This document shows positions 39,564 to 52,459 of a stretch of 64,000 nt of DNA, piece after piece. Positions within the stretch are counted from its first letter, which is position 1; each line of letters opens with the position of its first letter. The notes under the pieces are model-generated. The model was not told where the DNA came from and made no database searches. It worked only from the letters and a program-made list of their open reading frames with translations. Both the position numbers and the translations under genes were made by a program. The stretch covers positions 202,802,001-202,866,000 of the forward strand of contig OZ024741.1 in assembly GCA_964016885.1 (NCBI GenBank). The letters run 5' to 3'. Origin of the DNA: Eledone cirrhosa. Lineage: Eukaryota.

Positions 39564-42500
39564 GCTTTCTGTATTAACCACAAGGGTTTACATAAAGTAG
39601 ACATTAAGGACAGTACAGGACAATACAGGACGGTACAAATGGGCATTTCTGCGTGTAAAAAAACAGAGGATGTAATAAAATAACAAAGAAAAATTCCCCA
39701 ATAGGGGGGGAGACTTCCGAGGGACATTTGTGGAGAAAGCCCATTAAAATACCACAGTGACCCTGACCACCAGGGCAAGTGCCCTCTCCCAGTTTTCCAG
39801 CTTTAATTTACAGACACATACTCAGGCCATACTTGCTTCTCTCACCCATCTTTCAACAAAATGCTGGGAAGAGAGCACTTCCCTCTCTACCCTGATTTTC
39901 CTTTTCAAATGAAATTTGAAAAAGTTAATCAGGGCATCACCGAAGAGGTAAGTGCTCGTCTTCAGCCCTTTCAAACGTGTCCACCATACTATCTCTTTCG
40001 CCATGGCCACCAGACAGATAAAAACTGCCTGCCCTTCCCGGCTAAAGGAAGAGGGTGGGGCAATCCTCACGATGGACTCAGCTGATAGCTGGATCCGTCC
40101 TACACGTGACAGCAGGTGTTCGACATAAACCCACAAGTCAGCAATGCTCGGACACTGGACGAGTGCGTGCAGGACGGTTTCGTCGCCCTGCGCGCATCTC
40201 GGACATGCCCGGCTGACGGCACCTCCATGCCTGTAGAGTTTATCCCGAACTGGCAAAGCTCCCCGGTAGCACTGCCAGGCCAGGGATTTCTGGAAGTTGT
40301 CCATAGGCCCCGGCCCGAAAGTCCTTCCGAAGAGATTGGCTAGTTGATTTTCGTCGACGCCTAGAGTTTCTCCAAGTACGTCGTCGCTCTTCCCCTCCAC
40401 TAATCCTCTATAGAACGCCAAGGTGGAGTTTACACCGATCACATTGCCCGATTGGTCGAGGGCTGTGAGCGCCTGAAGACATTCCAGTCTCCAAGCGCTC
40501 CCTCTCGGTCTTCGATTGACACAGGACTGCAGCTCCGTCAAGGAGACGAGCTGGGGAAAGACGTGTCTAGCAAACGGCGACCACACCTGATCACCGTCGA
40601 ATAAGAGGTGGAGATCTCGTAGCCTGAGTACGTGTCTGCGCATCATCAGCCACGGCATGCCCATCCCTCCACGTAGCGGGTGATGACAGCAGATGGACCG
40701 CCTGACCATCAGAGCGCGTCCCTTCCACAAAAAGCGAAAGAGCAAACGGTCCAGCGCAGTCAGGCGAGGCTTAAGACAAAGTACGACGGTCAGGCGGTAG
40801 TAGATGACGGACGCGATGTACGCGTTAGCCACCTCCGCTCGACCTTTCAGGGATAGCTTCCTCTCTGCCCATTTCTTGGTGAGAGAAGCCAACCTGCTCG
40901 TCACCTCGTCCCAGTTTTTGTTCGTCTGGAGGTCCGGACCGAACCAGACTCTTAGCAATTTAACCGGTCCGTCCGTCCAGCGCCCGACGACGCTGTTGGA
41001 CGGCATGGACCTGCCTATCCAGGTGCCGACCTGCAGGCCCCCTGACTTTTCCTGGTTGATCATTGCTCCTGTCACCGCTTCGTATTCTCGTAGTGTAGTG
41101 CCGATCGCCTCGATGTGTTTGGCGTTCGACACCACTACGGTGACATCGTCGGCATATGCTGACACGGATCTTCCGCATCCTAGTTCGCGCGGGACCCCCT
41201 CAACGTCTCCAGTTTGTGCAGTAATGGCTCGAGAGTCAATACGTACAAGAGGGACGAGAGGAGACATCCTTGGCGGACCGAGCGCATGATGTTGAACGTT
41301 TCCGAAAGGTGGCCGTTCACTCTCACCACAGAGCAGATGTCGCTGTGAATGGCAGCGATCCAGCCTCTGAAGACGGGCCCAAAGCCAGCCGCCCTCTGGA
41401 TTGCCGCTCGGTAACGATGGTCGACCCTATCGAAAGCTTTCGACTGATCTAAATTGATCAAGGACCCACCCTTGCCAGGTTCCCTAGCTACCCTCTCCAC
41501 GATGTATCGCATGAGGTGGAGGTTGTCGTGGATGGATCTGTCGGGAATGGCGAATGTCTGCGCCTCTCCCACCAGACGACCAACGACAAGCGCCAATCTC
41601 TTTGCTAGCACCTTGGCCAAAATCTTGAACTCTGTGTTTAGCAGAGTTATGGGTTGAAATTATCTATGTTATCCTCCTTGTTCGGATCCTTTCTCAGCAG
41701 CGCCACCGCTCCTCGGCTCACAGAGCTGGGAATTCTCCTGTTCTGTTGCCTGTTGCAGTAGACGTCCGCCAAGAGGCCTCCGATAAGTCTGGCGTTTGTA
41801 CGTAAAGTTCATAGGGCAGACTATCCAAACCAGGCGATTTACCCCTTGTGCAGTCAGTCATTGCCTCCCGTACTTCAGCGGTTGTTATCGGCTTTTCGCA
41901 ACACTCCGCCTCAGTGGCCGAGAGCCGCGGCAGTCCGTCGAGGTAGACACTAAAGTCCATCCCTCGATCCGGCCCGCCGCTGCCCCCAAACAGCTGAGCG
42001 AAGTGTCGCTGAAAAGCTTCACACATTTGCCCGGGATCGAGTAGCATGCGCCCGTCGTGGTCCACTAAAGACCGGATCGTGGCTTTGTTGCCACGACGCG
42101 CCTCCGCCACTCGGGCCCATTGAACGGCTTTCGTCCCCTCGTGTCTGACAGCACGTACCCTAGCTCTGACAACGCAGCCTTCGTGCTTTGCATTGAATAA
42201 TTGGTCAAGGGCCAATTTCGCCGCAAGTACGTCGGTCGCGATGACATCTAAGCGCCTCGTCTAATTTTCTAACTTTTCTCTCTGCCCTATTTTTCTCTCT
42301 GCTCTATTTTTCTCTATAGCTAAACCTTACTAAACCTAATGGACTCTATTCTAATCGCTATTTTCAGAGCAAACCACCACTTGTTGTTGACAATGTCCCC
42401 CGTGAACACCCGCTTAACTAGTTCGCTAATCCGCTCTCTGTAGGCCTTGCGCGCTGGTAAGGACGCGTTTAGCTTCCAGTAGCCGGGACCTCGTCTATGA

Positions 42501-44465
42501 ACCTATCTAAATCAAGCACACAGATCACGAATTTGTGGTCCGTGTAGCTGACTATCTTGAATTGTGGACAGCCTATGCTAGACCTATCTATTTCCCTACA
42601 AAATACTCTATCTAGATATGATCTGGATGACCCGATGCGGTTTGTCCAAGTCCACATTGGCACATTCGGGAAATCCAATCGATACCTGTCAGACAGTCCA
42701 AAACGCCTGAGCAGGTTGGTGAGGCTCTTGCACCCTCCTCCCCTATCCGCTAATCCCACACAGTCCCAGCGTGCATCTAAGATTTCGTTCCAGTCGCCCA
42801 CTAACACTAAAGAGCGGGACGTTCCAAGAAAGGTCTCCAGACGCCGGAAGAAATCAGGCCACCCTGCTCCTGTCGGGGCATAGACGGCCACTAGCCTGAA
42901 AGCTTGCCCGTCTTCGATGGTCACGTCCAGCTCCACCAACTTACCTTCTGGGTCCAGGAAGATGGCCCGTATGGCGAGATTCAAACCTCTCCGAAAAAGC
43001 ACAGCAACTCCTCCCGCCGATCCAGGACGGCTGGGAGATGCGTACACATCATAGCCGCCGAAGATCGGTGCGAAGGCCCGTGCTTCGGAGATTCTGGTCT
43101 CGCTGATGGCCACTACATCTATGTTTAGTGACCTGAGGTCGTTGAGCAGGTGGTCCTGCTTCCATGACGACCCCAAGCCACGCGTATTTATGCTGTCTAT
43201 TCTGAGTGAGGTCATGTTGAAATGGAGTGGAAAAGATGGGAAAGACCACTTACCTTACTTCTTGTAGAGGAAGAATGGTTTCTCTATCCTTTTCACTGCT
43301 TGTGGCCTCCTCCGGAAGGATGTCCTTATAAATCCTCCTGGAGAGTGCTTGTCGGAAGTCTCCGATGTCTTTGGGGAATTTTTGTTTTAGTGTCATGTAC
43401 ATTTTCTGTGTGATGCGAGTGATTTGTATGTGTGGAGGTGGTGTGAACTTTTGGGTTGTTGTGTAGTCTTTTTCTGTGATGCTGGTGTTGTGTTGGATGT
43501 AGTTTAATAATTGGTTGTTGTTCAAATTTAATGCTGTGTAGTGTGTATCGTTTTGGTTGTTTAGTTTTGTTTGCGTTTGTTGTGGGTTTGTTTCTGTTTC
43601 GCTTTTTGGTGACTTTTGTGGTGTTGGTGATGGTGGTGTTGGGGTTAATGATGGTGATGGTGTTGGTGTTGGTGATGCTGTTGTGGATGGTGGCATAGCT
43701 GTCCTAACTTTTTTGTTTGATAGTTTATTTGTTTCCCTCTGTATTTTGTTTTTGGACGGGAAAGGAAGAGGATGGGGGTGGGGGGTGGGGGAGGGGGGGG
43801 GGGGTGACCCTGTACCCATCTTTCTTTACCATTCTCTTGGCTTCATCTAATTCCTCCTGAGTTACCTGGATTGTTTCGCATTTTTTGCTGCTTTGGCAAA
43901 CGACACGGTGTTGTTATTCTTATTGTTGTTGTTGCTGTTATTGTTATTTTTAGTTTCAGTTGTGGTGGTGGTGGCGTCAGTGGTGTTCGGTGTGGGTGAA
44001 TCCATTTCGATGTCACGAGATAATTTATTTTTTTCTTTTGTTTCTGTTGTCACTGTGGTGGTGGTGGGGGTGGCGGCTTGAAAACCTGCAGTCATTGGTA
44101 ATGGCGGGAAATGAATGTCTGCATGAGACAAATTTAAATTATTGCTACTGCTTATATTTTTAGTGTTGGCAAACGTAGTAATATTTACAATGGTGGTGTT
44201 GGTGTGAGGTGTTAGTTTGTGAGAAAGGCTGTCAGCCTGGTGTAGCTGTGAGTCATCCATGTTTTTTTCAACTAATTTTTCGTTTGATAATTATAAAAGT
44301 TTAAATTTTGGGCTCAAGGCCCCAATCTTTTTGAGTGTCCTTTTCGAAAGCAAATTATGTGACCTCATAAACACTTAACAACAAAAATTTTCCATAATTT
44401 GAAACAACTGAAAACAACAAACCTTTGCGGAGCTCATGATGATACAATTTCCTATGTAGGTCGCC
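39564..44465 (-). mobile_element. Tx1/L1-clade LINE no.2, both ends present, frameshifted ORF2, internally deleted ORF1
   Basis: APE (SINTRGL, ISET, VYAP, GDWN, LDR, TDH) at 42469-43215; RT (LDQSKAFDRV, VRQG, AYADD); CCHC; (AAT)n at 39549 and 44466. Confidence 0.92.
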
Positions 44466-45169
44466 AATAATAATAATAATAATAATATCCAAGAATATGT
44501 GTGAACACATGCGCTCCAGGCTGGATCCTGCATTAGTACAACAGCAACAATCAACTACACAACCGGAGAAACGTTTCGGTTGTTCTAAATTTCTTTCCTA
44601 ACTTGATGTTCGGGTTATCTCTGTAGTTGATGTTGCTATTGCTGCTATTAATGTTGCTGTTGTTGATATGTTAGTGTTGCTGTTACTGCTGTTGTTGCTA
44701 TTGCTGTCCCGGCTATTTCTTCCGTTGTTGCTAATGCTGCTATTGCTACTGCTTCTCCTGTTGCTATTGCTGTTGTTGGTGTTTGTGATTTGGGGTGTGG
44801 TTTCGTTGTTATTACTGATGTTTTTGCCTTGACGAAGGAATGACGCCGTCTTCGGTTACAAACAATTTCGTTGTCGTGTAGAATCTGGTTCAAGGTTGCG
44901 ATCGTTCTAAGTCTTCCGCAGTGGAATATTTTACCGAATTCTTGCTCGTCTTTCACTTCACATTACTCCAGCCAAGATAATATACAAAAGGAGTCTTCAC
45001 ATACTAAATCATTTACATTGCGGACACACACACACACATGCGCGCGTGCACATACTATAATAATAGTATGTATGTATAGATCTATAACTTAACTTCTGAT
45101 ACAGACGCAGCAACACCGGTCAGCTTGACTTGGCAACCCACTTCGAACACTGGATTAACCCATTTAATT

Positions 45170-45206
45170 TCCTCAGATGAAGAGATATTATCTCGAAATA
45201 TCGGGA
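45170..45206 (+). ncRNA. Hammerhead relic (U4 changed to A)
   Basis: TCCT-CAGATGA-A-GAGAT att ATCTC-GAA-ATAT-C-GGGA followed by AATAAA. Confidence 0.6.
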
Positions 45207-45382
45207 TATATGAATAAATTAAGGTAAAAGACTAATTATCAGCGTTATCTTTTAAATTTATATTCTATCTCCAAACCTTCTCAGTTCAAACGTTTAAACC
45301 TCACTACACAATGCTTCAAGTAAACTATCAATTCCTTCACATATATACATATGTAGTTCAAGGAAAAAACAAACAAACAGAG

Positions 45383-45472
<90 letters not shown>

Positions 45473-45623
45473 GAAAAGAATCAGGACTCCGACGGCTGAG
45501 CTGCGGCCGTTTCGACAGCTAGATCCGAACTATATATATATGTGTGTATATGTGTGTCTGTGTGTGTATGTCTGCGTGAGTGTGTGTGTGTGTGTCTGCG
45601 TGAGTGTGTGTGAGTGTGTGTGT

Positions 45624-46099
45624 GTACTTGTGTGAACGGCAGCGTTAATTATGTTAAGATATCTAGATCGTATATTTGATAAATAAATCAGTTAAATTGT
45701 AACTTCAGAAACTCACTCAAATTTATTAAGACTGCTGTGGTGATCATGTCTTTAATAGTTTCACTGATATGTTATTAAACGTAGCGATATGTCATTATAT
45801 AATGGCCTGCTTGTAATAATGGAATAATTCACTTCTTTACTGGTAGAAGGCTCACATGAATCCTATTAACAGACCTACTACTAGTAGTAATAGTAGGAGA
45901 AGTGCTCCACTATCAATGACAATTTTAATCTACTATTTGCTTTTATGTTACTTTAAAAGTACCGTTGACTTTCTTCCACTTTAGTATAATTGAAGTTTAA
46001 TTACTAAACTGCTCTGCTGAGGAAAACAACATTACATTAGATGAGTTATTGAGAATCGACCTATCAGAAATAGCAGCCAAACTCCCTTAAATACACTCT
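45624..46099 (+). repeat. Left arm of a ~480-bp inverted repeat
   Basis: Reverse complement of 61536-62015; the outer ~120 bp look identical. Confidence 0.9.
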
Positions 46100-46189
46100 A
46101 TCGTCACATCACTCCCACAAATATACACTTGTAGGTTTATTTAAAATACAGAAATAATGGTAAAGCTGATGCTCTAGTCTGGCCTGGCG

Positions 46190-46590
46190 TCAAGTGGGAC
46201 AAGGCACGGCGGTCAGACTGTAAATGTCGATGAAGGTGATGTAAGAATTCGACATATCAGGAATAGTTTCCTCACGATCTATTTGTGAATGACATCCAGC
46301 CACTCTGCTCATAACATAGTTCCAGTTCCCGTCCATCTGTATGTTCGGACCGATTCATGCCACAAACAGGTTTACCCGTCCGTCGGTCCAGCTCCCAATG
46401 GCATTGCCAACGATATGGACATGCCTCTACTGGTGTCGTGCGTCAGAAGCCGGCACATACAGATGAAGTCAGAAAGGACATCTCTGGCGGTCCTAGTGTT
46501 CGATACAAGAGGTTTCTGAGAGGTGGCCGTTTAATTTGACCACCGAACAAGTGCCAATGTGCAGTGCTTCAACCCAACTCATGAAACGGG
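46190..46590 (-). pseudogene. Old, deleted Tx1-like RT fragment
   Basis: Residual matches to the MHSGTCS.IKINGHLSE, WTDG..GP..QMD.NW and LT.VP segments of the neighbouring LINEs. Confidence 0.6.
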
Positions 46591-46658
46591 ACGGAAATAA
46601 CAACGCCAACACCAGCAGCAGCAGCAGGAGGAACAACAACAACAACAACAACAACAAC

Positions 46659-46687
<29 letters not shown>

Positions 46688-46689
<2 letters not shown>

Positions 46690-49600
46690 GTTTCTTTATT
46701 AGCCACAAGGGCTGACACGAAGAAAAACATTAGAGACGGCACAGAACAGTACAGGACGATACAAAGTGGGTTTTGGTCGTGTAAACAGGTTATAACAAAA
46801 TCGGGCTTGATCCCCAAAAATTCAAACAACAAAAATTCCTTAAGAAGGGGGAAACCTCCGAGAGTCACTCGTTGTGAAAACCACACAAAAGACCATGGCC
46901 ACCCTGACTACCAGGGCAAGCGCCCTCTCTCACTTTCCCCACTCCTCAGTCTACAGGCGCATACTCAGAGCGGGCTCGTTCACCCGGACCAGATTCGCCA
47001 CTTTCACCCACCTTTCAACAAACTTACTAGAAGACAACACTTGCCTCTCCACCCTGATTTTCCTCTTCAAGTGAAACTTGAAAAAGTTAATCAGGGATTG
47101 GCCGGAGAGGAAAGGCTCGGCTGACAGCAGCTCCGTGCCTGTAGAGCTTATCCCGAACCGGCAACGCTCCCCGGTAGCACTGCCAGGCCAGGGATGTCTG
47201 AAAGTTGTCCATAGGCCCCGGTCTGAAAGTTCTCTTGAAGAGAGTGAACAGCTGATCGTCTTCGACGCCCAGGGTCTCCCAGAGAACGTCGTCACTCTTT
47301 CCCTCCACTAGCCCTCTATAGAACGCCGAGGGGGATGTTCCACCGATACTAGTGCCCAGCCGGTAGAGGGCGGTGACCGCTTGGAGACATTCCATCTTCC
47401 AAGCGCTATTCCTCGGTCTTCTCCTGATCCAGGACTGCAGCTCCGTCAAGGAGACGAGCTGGGGAAAAGCGCGTCTGGCAAACGGCGACCACACCTGTTC
47501 ACTGTCAAAGAAGCACCAGAGATGTCGCAGCCTGAGCGCATGTTTGCGCATCATCAGCCACGGCATGCCTAGTCCTCCACGCAACGGGTGTTGACAGGAA
47601 ATGGATCGTCTGACCATGAGAGCACGTCCCTTCCACAAAAAGTGGAAGAGAAGGCGCTCCATTTTGGTCAGAGTTGGGCGGCGGCAAGGTACGACGGTCA
47701 GGCGGTAGCAGATGACGAACGCTATGTACGCATTCGCCACCTCCACTCGACCTTTCAGAGACAGCCTCCCCTCGGCCCATTTCTGGGTGAGAGAGGCCAC
47801 CCTGCTCGTCACCTCGCTTCAGTTTTTCTCCATCTGGAGGTCCGGACCGAACCAGACCCCGAGCAATTTAACCGGTCCTTCCATCCAGCGCCCTCCAAGT
47901 GCCGAGTTGCAAGCCCACCGACTTTTCCTGGTTTATCTTTGCTCCTGTGACCGCTTCGTATTCCTTGAGAGCGGGGCCGAGCATCTGGACGTATTTGGTG
48001 CTCGACACCACCACGGTGACGTCGTCGGCGTGGGACCTCCTCATCGTCTACAATTTGTGTATTAAAGGCTCTAGGGCCAATACGTACAAGAGGGACGAGA
48101 GGGGGAAACCCTGGCGGACCGAGCGCATGATGCTAAAAGGCTGCGACAAGTTACCATTCACCCTCACAATCGAGCAGATGTCGCTGTGCATCGCAGCGAT
48201 ACAGCCCATAAAAACGAGCTCGAAGCAGGCCGCCTCGAGGACCGCAACCAGGTACCGATGGTCGACCCTATCAAATGCTTTAGATTGATCTAAGTTGATC
48301 AGGGGCCCACTTGTGCCAGGTTCCTTAACCACCCTCTCTATGATGTATCGCATGAGATGGGGGTTGTCATGGATGGATATATTCGGGATGGCATGTTTGC
48401 GCCTCTCCCACCAGATCACCGACGACAAGCGCCAATCTCTTTGCTAACACCTTGGCCAAAATCTTAAACTCTGCGTTTAGCAAAGTTATGGGCCTGAAGT
48501 TGTCTATAACGTCGCCCTTGTTCGGGTCTTTTCTCAGCAGCGTCACCGCTCCCCGGCTCACAAAACTGGGAATGCTCCCATTCTGCTGCCAATTGCAGTA
48601 GACATCTGCCAAGAGGTCGCCGAACAAGTATGGCATATACGCATAAAGCTCGTAGGGCAGACCATCCAAACCTGGCGATTTACCCCTCGTGCAGTCAGAC
48701 ATTGCGCAATTGAGCAAAGTGCTGTTGAAAAGCCGCACACATCTGCTCGGCTTCGAGCAACATGCGCCCGTTTTGATCAGGAAAAGACCGAATTGTGGAC
48801 TTGTTGCCACATCACTCCTCCACCACCCGGGCCCATTGAACGGCTTTCGTCCCCTCGTATCTTAGAGCACGCGCTCTAGCTCTGACAACGCAGCCTTCAT
48901 GCTTTGCGTTGAAGAATTGGTCGAGTGCCTGTCCTAAACGCCTCTTCAAGCTTTCTAACTAACTCTCCCTCTACTCTATTTTCCTCTATCACTACTCCTT
49001 TGCTAAACCTTATCGATTCTACTCTAATAACCCCTTTCAGGGTAAACCACCACCTGTTGTTGACGATCGCACACGTCAATGCTCGCTTAACTAATTCGCT
49101 AATCCGGTCTCTGTAAGCTTTGCACGCCGGGAACGACGCGTTCAGCTTCCAGTAGCCGGCCCCTTGCCTATGGAGTCAACTTCACAGATGACACATTTGT
49201 GGTCCGTGTAGTCGAATACTTTAAATTGTGGACAACCTACACTAGCCTTATCTGTTTACCTACAGAATACCCTATCTAAATACGATCTGGATGACCCGAT
49301 GCGGTTTGCCCATGTCCACATTTGCACATTCGGATATCCCAGTCTATACCTGTCAGACAGTTGAAAACGTCTGAGGAGGTTGTTGAGGCTTTTACACCCT
49401 CTTGCCCTGTCTACTAGCTCCACATAATCTCAGCGTGCATCTAAGATACCGTTCCAGTCGCCCACTAACACTAAAGAGCGGGACGTTCCAAGAATGGTCT
49501 CTAGACGTCTGAAGAAATCTGGCCGTCCGGTCACGTCCAGCACCACCGACTTACCTTGTGGGTTCAGGAAGATGGCCCGTATGGCGAGATCCAAGCCTCT

Positions 49601-52039
49601 CCGAAAAAGCACGACAACCCCTCCCCCCGACCCTGGACGGCTGGGAGATAATTATACATCGTAGCACCGAAGATCGGTGCGAAGGCTCGTGCTTCGGAGA
49701 ATCTGGTCTCGCTGATGGCCACCATATCTATGTTTAGTGACCTGAGGTCGTTGAGAAGGTGACCCTGCTTCCAAGATGACCCCAGGCTACGTACATTTAT
49801 ACTGCCTATTCTAAGTACGGCCATGCTGGATGAGAAACGGGGTAAGTGAGAAAGGATCACTTACCTTGATCGTGTGGTGAAGGGACAGTAGAACCGTCCC
49901 TTTGGCTGGTCATGGGTGTTTCCAAGAGGATGTCAGTGTATATCCTCTTGGTAACCGAGCCTCTGAAGTCTCCAACTGCGTTGGGGAATTTTTGTTTTAA
50001 AAGTTTGTAATGTTCTATTGAGATTTCAATGATGCTTATGTTTGTCGGGAGAGTTCTTGGTGTTGGTGGGGTGTAGTAGTTTTTTTTTGGGATGTCTGTG
50101 TGCTGCTTTATGTGTTGTAAGAGTTCTTTATTTGCCATGTTTATGGCTGTGTACTTTTTTGGGGGAGGGGCGATTTTGTTGCTGTTTTCTTGTTGTTGTT
50201 GTTGTTGGGTGTGTATGTTTTGTTGTGTTTGAAATGTTGGTGTTTTTGGTGATGTTGGTGATGGTGTGGTTGTTGTTGGTGGTGATGCTTGTGGTGGTGA
50301 TAGTGATGGGGGTGGTGTTGCTGCATGTCTCCTTGCAGACTTTACCCCTCTTTGTCTGTCTTCGCTTTTGGAGGGTGAAGCTAAGGATTTTTTGTTTTTT
50401 GTTTTTTGTGGCAGACTGTTTGCCACTTCCCTCCCGGCTCACCCTCGATGTCGGACCCCACGGCGTCCGGGAGAGGAATGATCTCCACTGCTGTTGGTGG
50501 TGGTAGGGGAGCCCGCCCCGGCGATTTTACCGCCGGTGTAGCTACTGCGACTGATGGTGTTGCTGCCACTGCTGTCGCTTCTTTAGTTGTCTGTGGCCTG
50601 GGTATGGGTGCTACGGACGTTGCCATCCTACTCACGATGGAAGGGTCTTCTGCCTCTGTTGTCTGCCCTGTTCTTGGTAGCAGCAAATCAGGCATCGGTA
50701 GGAGGGGAAGCCCTCTTCTTGGATGTCTTCTGCGGGCAGAAGGCCCTGAGGTGACCCTTCTGCCCACAGAGATAGCACTTTGGGCGCCTTCCTTCCACGC
50801 TTATAGGGAGATGGAGCCCTTCTTCGAGGTCTATGAGGTCTGGGATGGCCTCGATGCACTCCTGGTCAGTCTGTATTAGCATTTGCATGCCTATTCCTGA
50901 CCAGTTCTCTCTTCCCATTCTCTGTATTTGTAGTATGGTGGTCTTCTCCTCGATTCCAGCCAGTACAGACGCCGCCAGCCAGGGTATGGGCTCGTCAGGC
51001 GGGACCTGGGTCACTTTGACCCTCACAATTTTCTGCCCGCAGTAGGAGGGCACTATCTCCTCACTCTTTAAGGTTTCCAAAGAGTGAGACTTCGCCTCTT
51101 GGGGGGTGGCGAAAAGTACGTCTACTGTGCCGTGTACTTTTTGCCTCGGGTGATGTGGGTTTTGTGCGCCCAGACGCACCCCAAGGCCTTTTGGATTTGA
51201 GCCTCCGTGGCTCTCTCCACTCGATATGACATTTTGCTTACGGTGCGGTAAGTCACCGTGCGCAGCTGCTGGTCTTTGAAGAAATCGGGTGGAGGTGTCA
51301 GGGAAACTCTGTTGTCGTTTCTCGACACCATGGCTCTTGCGACTGCCATCTCCTCCTCCGTGACTAGCACTGTCTCTATATTTTGGGCCAAACCTGCGAA
51401 AGAAGTGGCCATTTTGCTGCCGCTACTGCTGCTACTGGTCTTGTTATTGGTGCTGTTGCTGTTGCTACTGCTACAAACGGTATTGTTGGTGTTATCACTG
51501 TTGTAGTTGGTTGTGTTTTTTGTGCCACCGTTGTTGTTGTTTTCGGTGCAATTTGTATTGTTGCTGTTGGTGTTGTCGTTGTTTATTTTCTAGTTAGTGG
51601 TGTTAATATCGTTGTTGCATTTGTTGTCAATTTTTTCTGTTGTCTGTATTTTGGTTGACGCTGTTATTGTTGCAGTTGGTGTGGTAATTTTTTCGAAATT
51701 AGTGTTCTCAGTGTTGTCTTTGTTCACGTTGTTTGTGATGGTGTCTGTTGTAATACTGTTTGTAACCCTCCTCTCAACTTTTACGCCGTTGTCAGACGAC
51801 AGCAGACATACTGCTCGAGGGCGTGGCTCAGCCATGTTTTTTTTTTTAAACAATTTAAAAAAAAAAGTAAAATGTTCAAATATATGGGCCATAAGGCCCA
51901 AATATTTTACTTTCCTCTTCACAGGGCAAAGTTAAGGGCTTATATCCCTTATACAACAAGAAATATTTAACAACAAATAATTTTAACAGGCAAATAAAGC
52001 AACTTACTGGGAGCGAGCAAAAAGCGTCCGAACAGACCG
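46688..52039 (-). mobile_element. Tx1/L1-clade LINE no.3, full-length ends, multiple frameshifts and deletions
   Basis: ORF1 from MAEPRP (~51835) with knuckle CYLCGQKGHLRAFC, stop at 49857; ORF2 from 49824 (APE, RT); (AAT)n at both ends. Confidence 0.92.
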
Positions 52040-52059
52040 ATAATAATAATAATAATAAT

Positions 52060-52183
52060 AATTATTATTTCTACTTTTGGCACAAGGCCGCAATTATCCC
52101 AGTACATTACTGGTACTTTATTTTATCGACCCCGTAAGGATGAAAGGCAAAGTTAACCTCGGCGGGATTTTAACTCAGACCGC
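52060..52183 (-). mobile_element. 5'-truncated SINE family A wedged between LINE no.3 and LINE no.4
   Basis: TTTCTACTTTTGGCACAAGGCC..GACCCCGTAAGGATGAAAGGC. Confidence 0.85.
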
Positions 52184-52459
52184 AGATGATTTCATTTATT
52201 GGCCACAAGGGCCGACATATAGGGGACAATACAAAAGACTGGGACAGTGGGGTTTTACAGAAAAATCGAGTAAACAATATGAATAACAATAACAATAACA
52301 AAGTAACAATAAAGTAACAATAAAATTACAACAAGAAAAAATTCCCCAATAGGGCGGATGACCACCCAGGGTTCGCTCAGGTACCCCACCAGTCCTGAAC
52401 GACACGACGCTTCGAGAGCACCCTGGAAGGGCACCCCTCTCCTCTTCAAATTTACCTAC

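Noticed and set aside
44648-44956. Possible decayed zinc-knuckle ORF1 fragment
   Set aside because: The Cys/His pattern is incomplete and the sequence is mostly low complexity.
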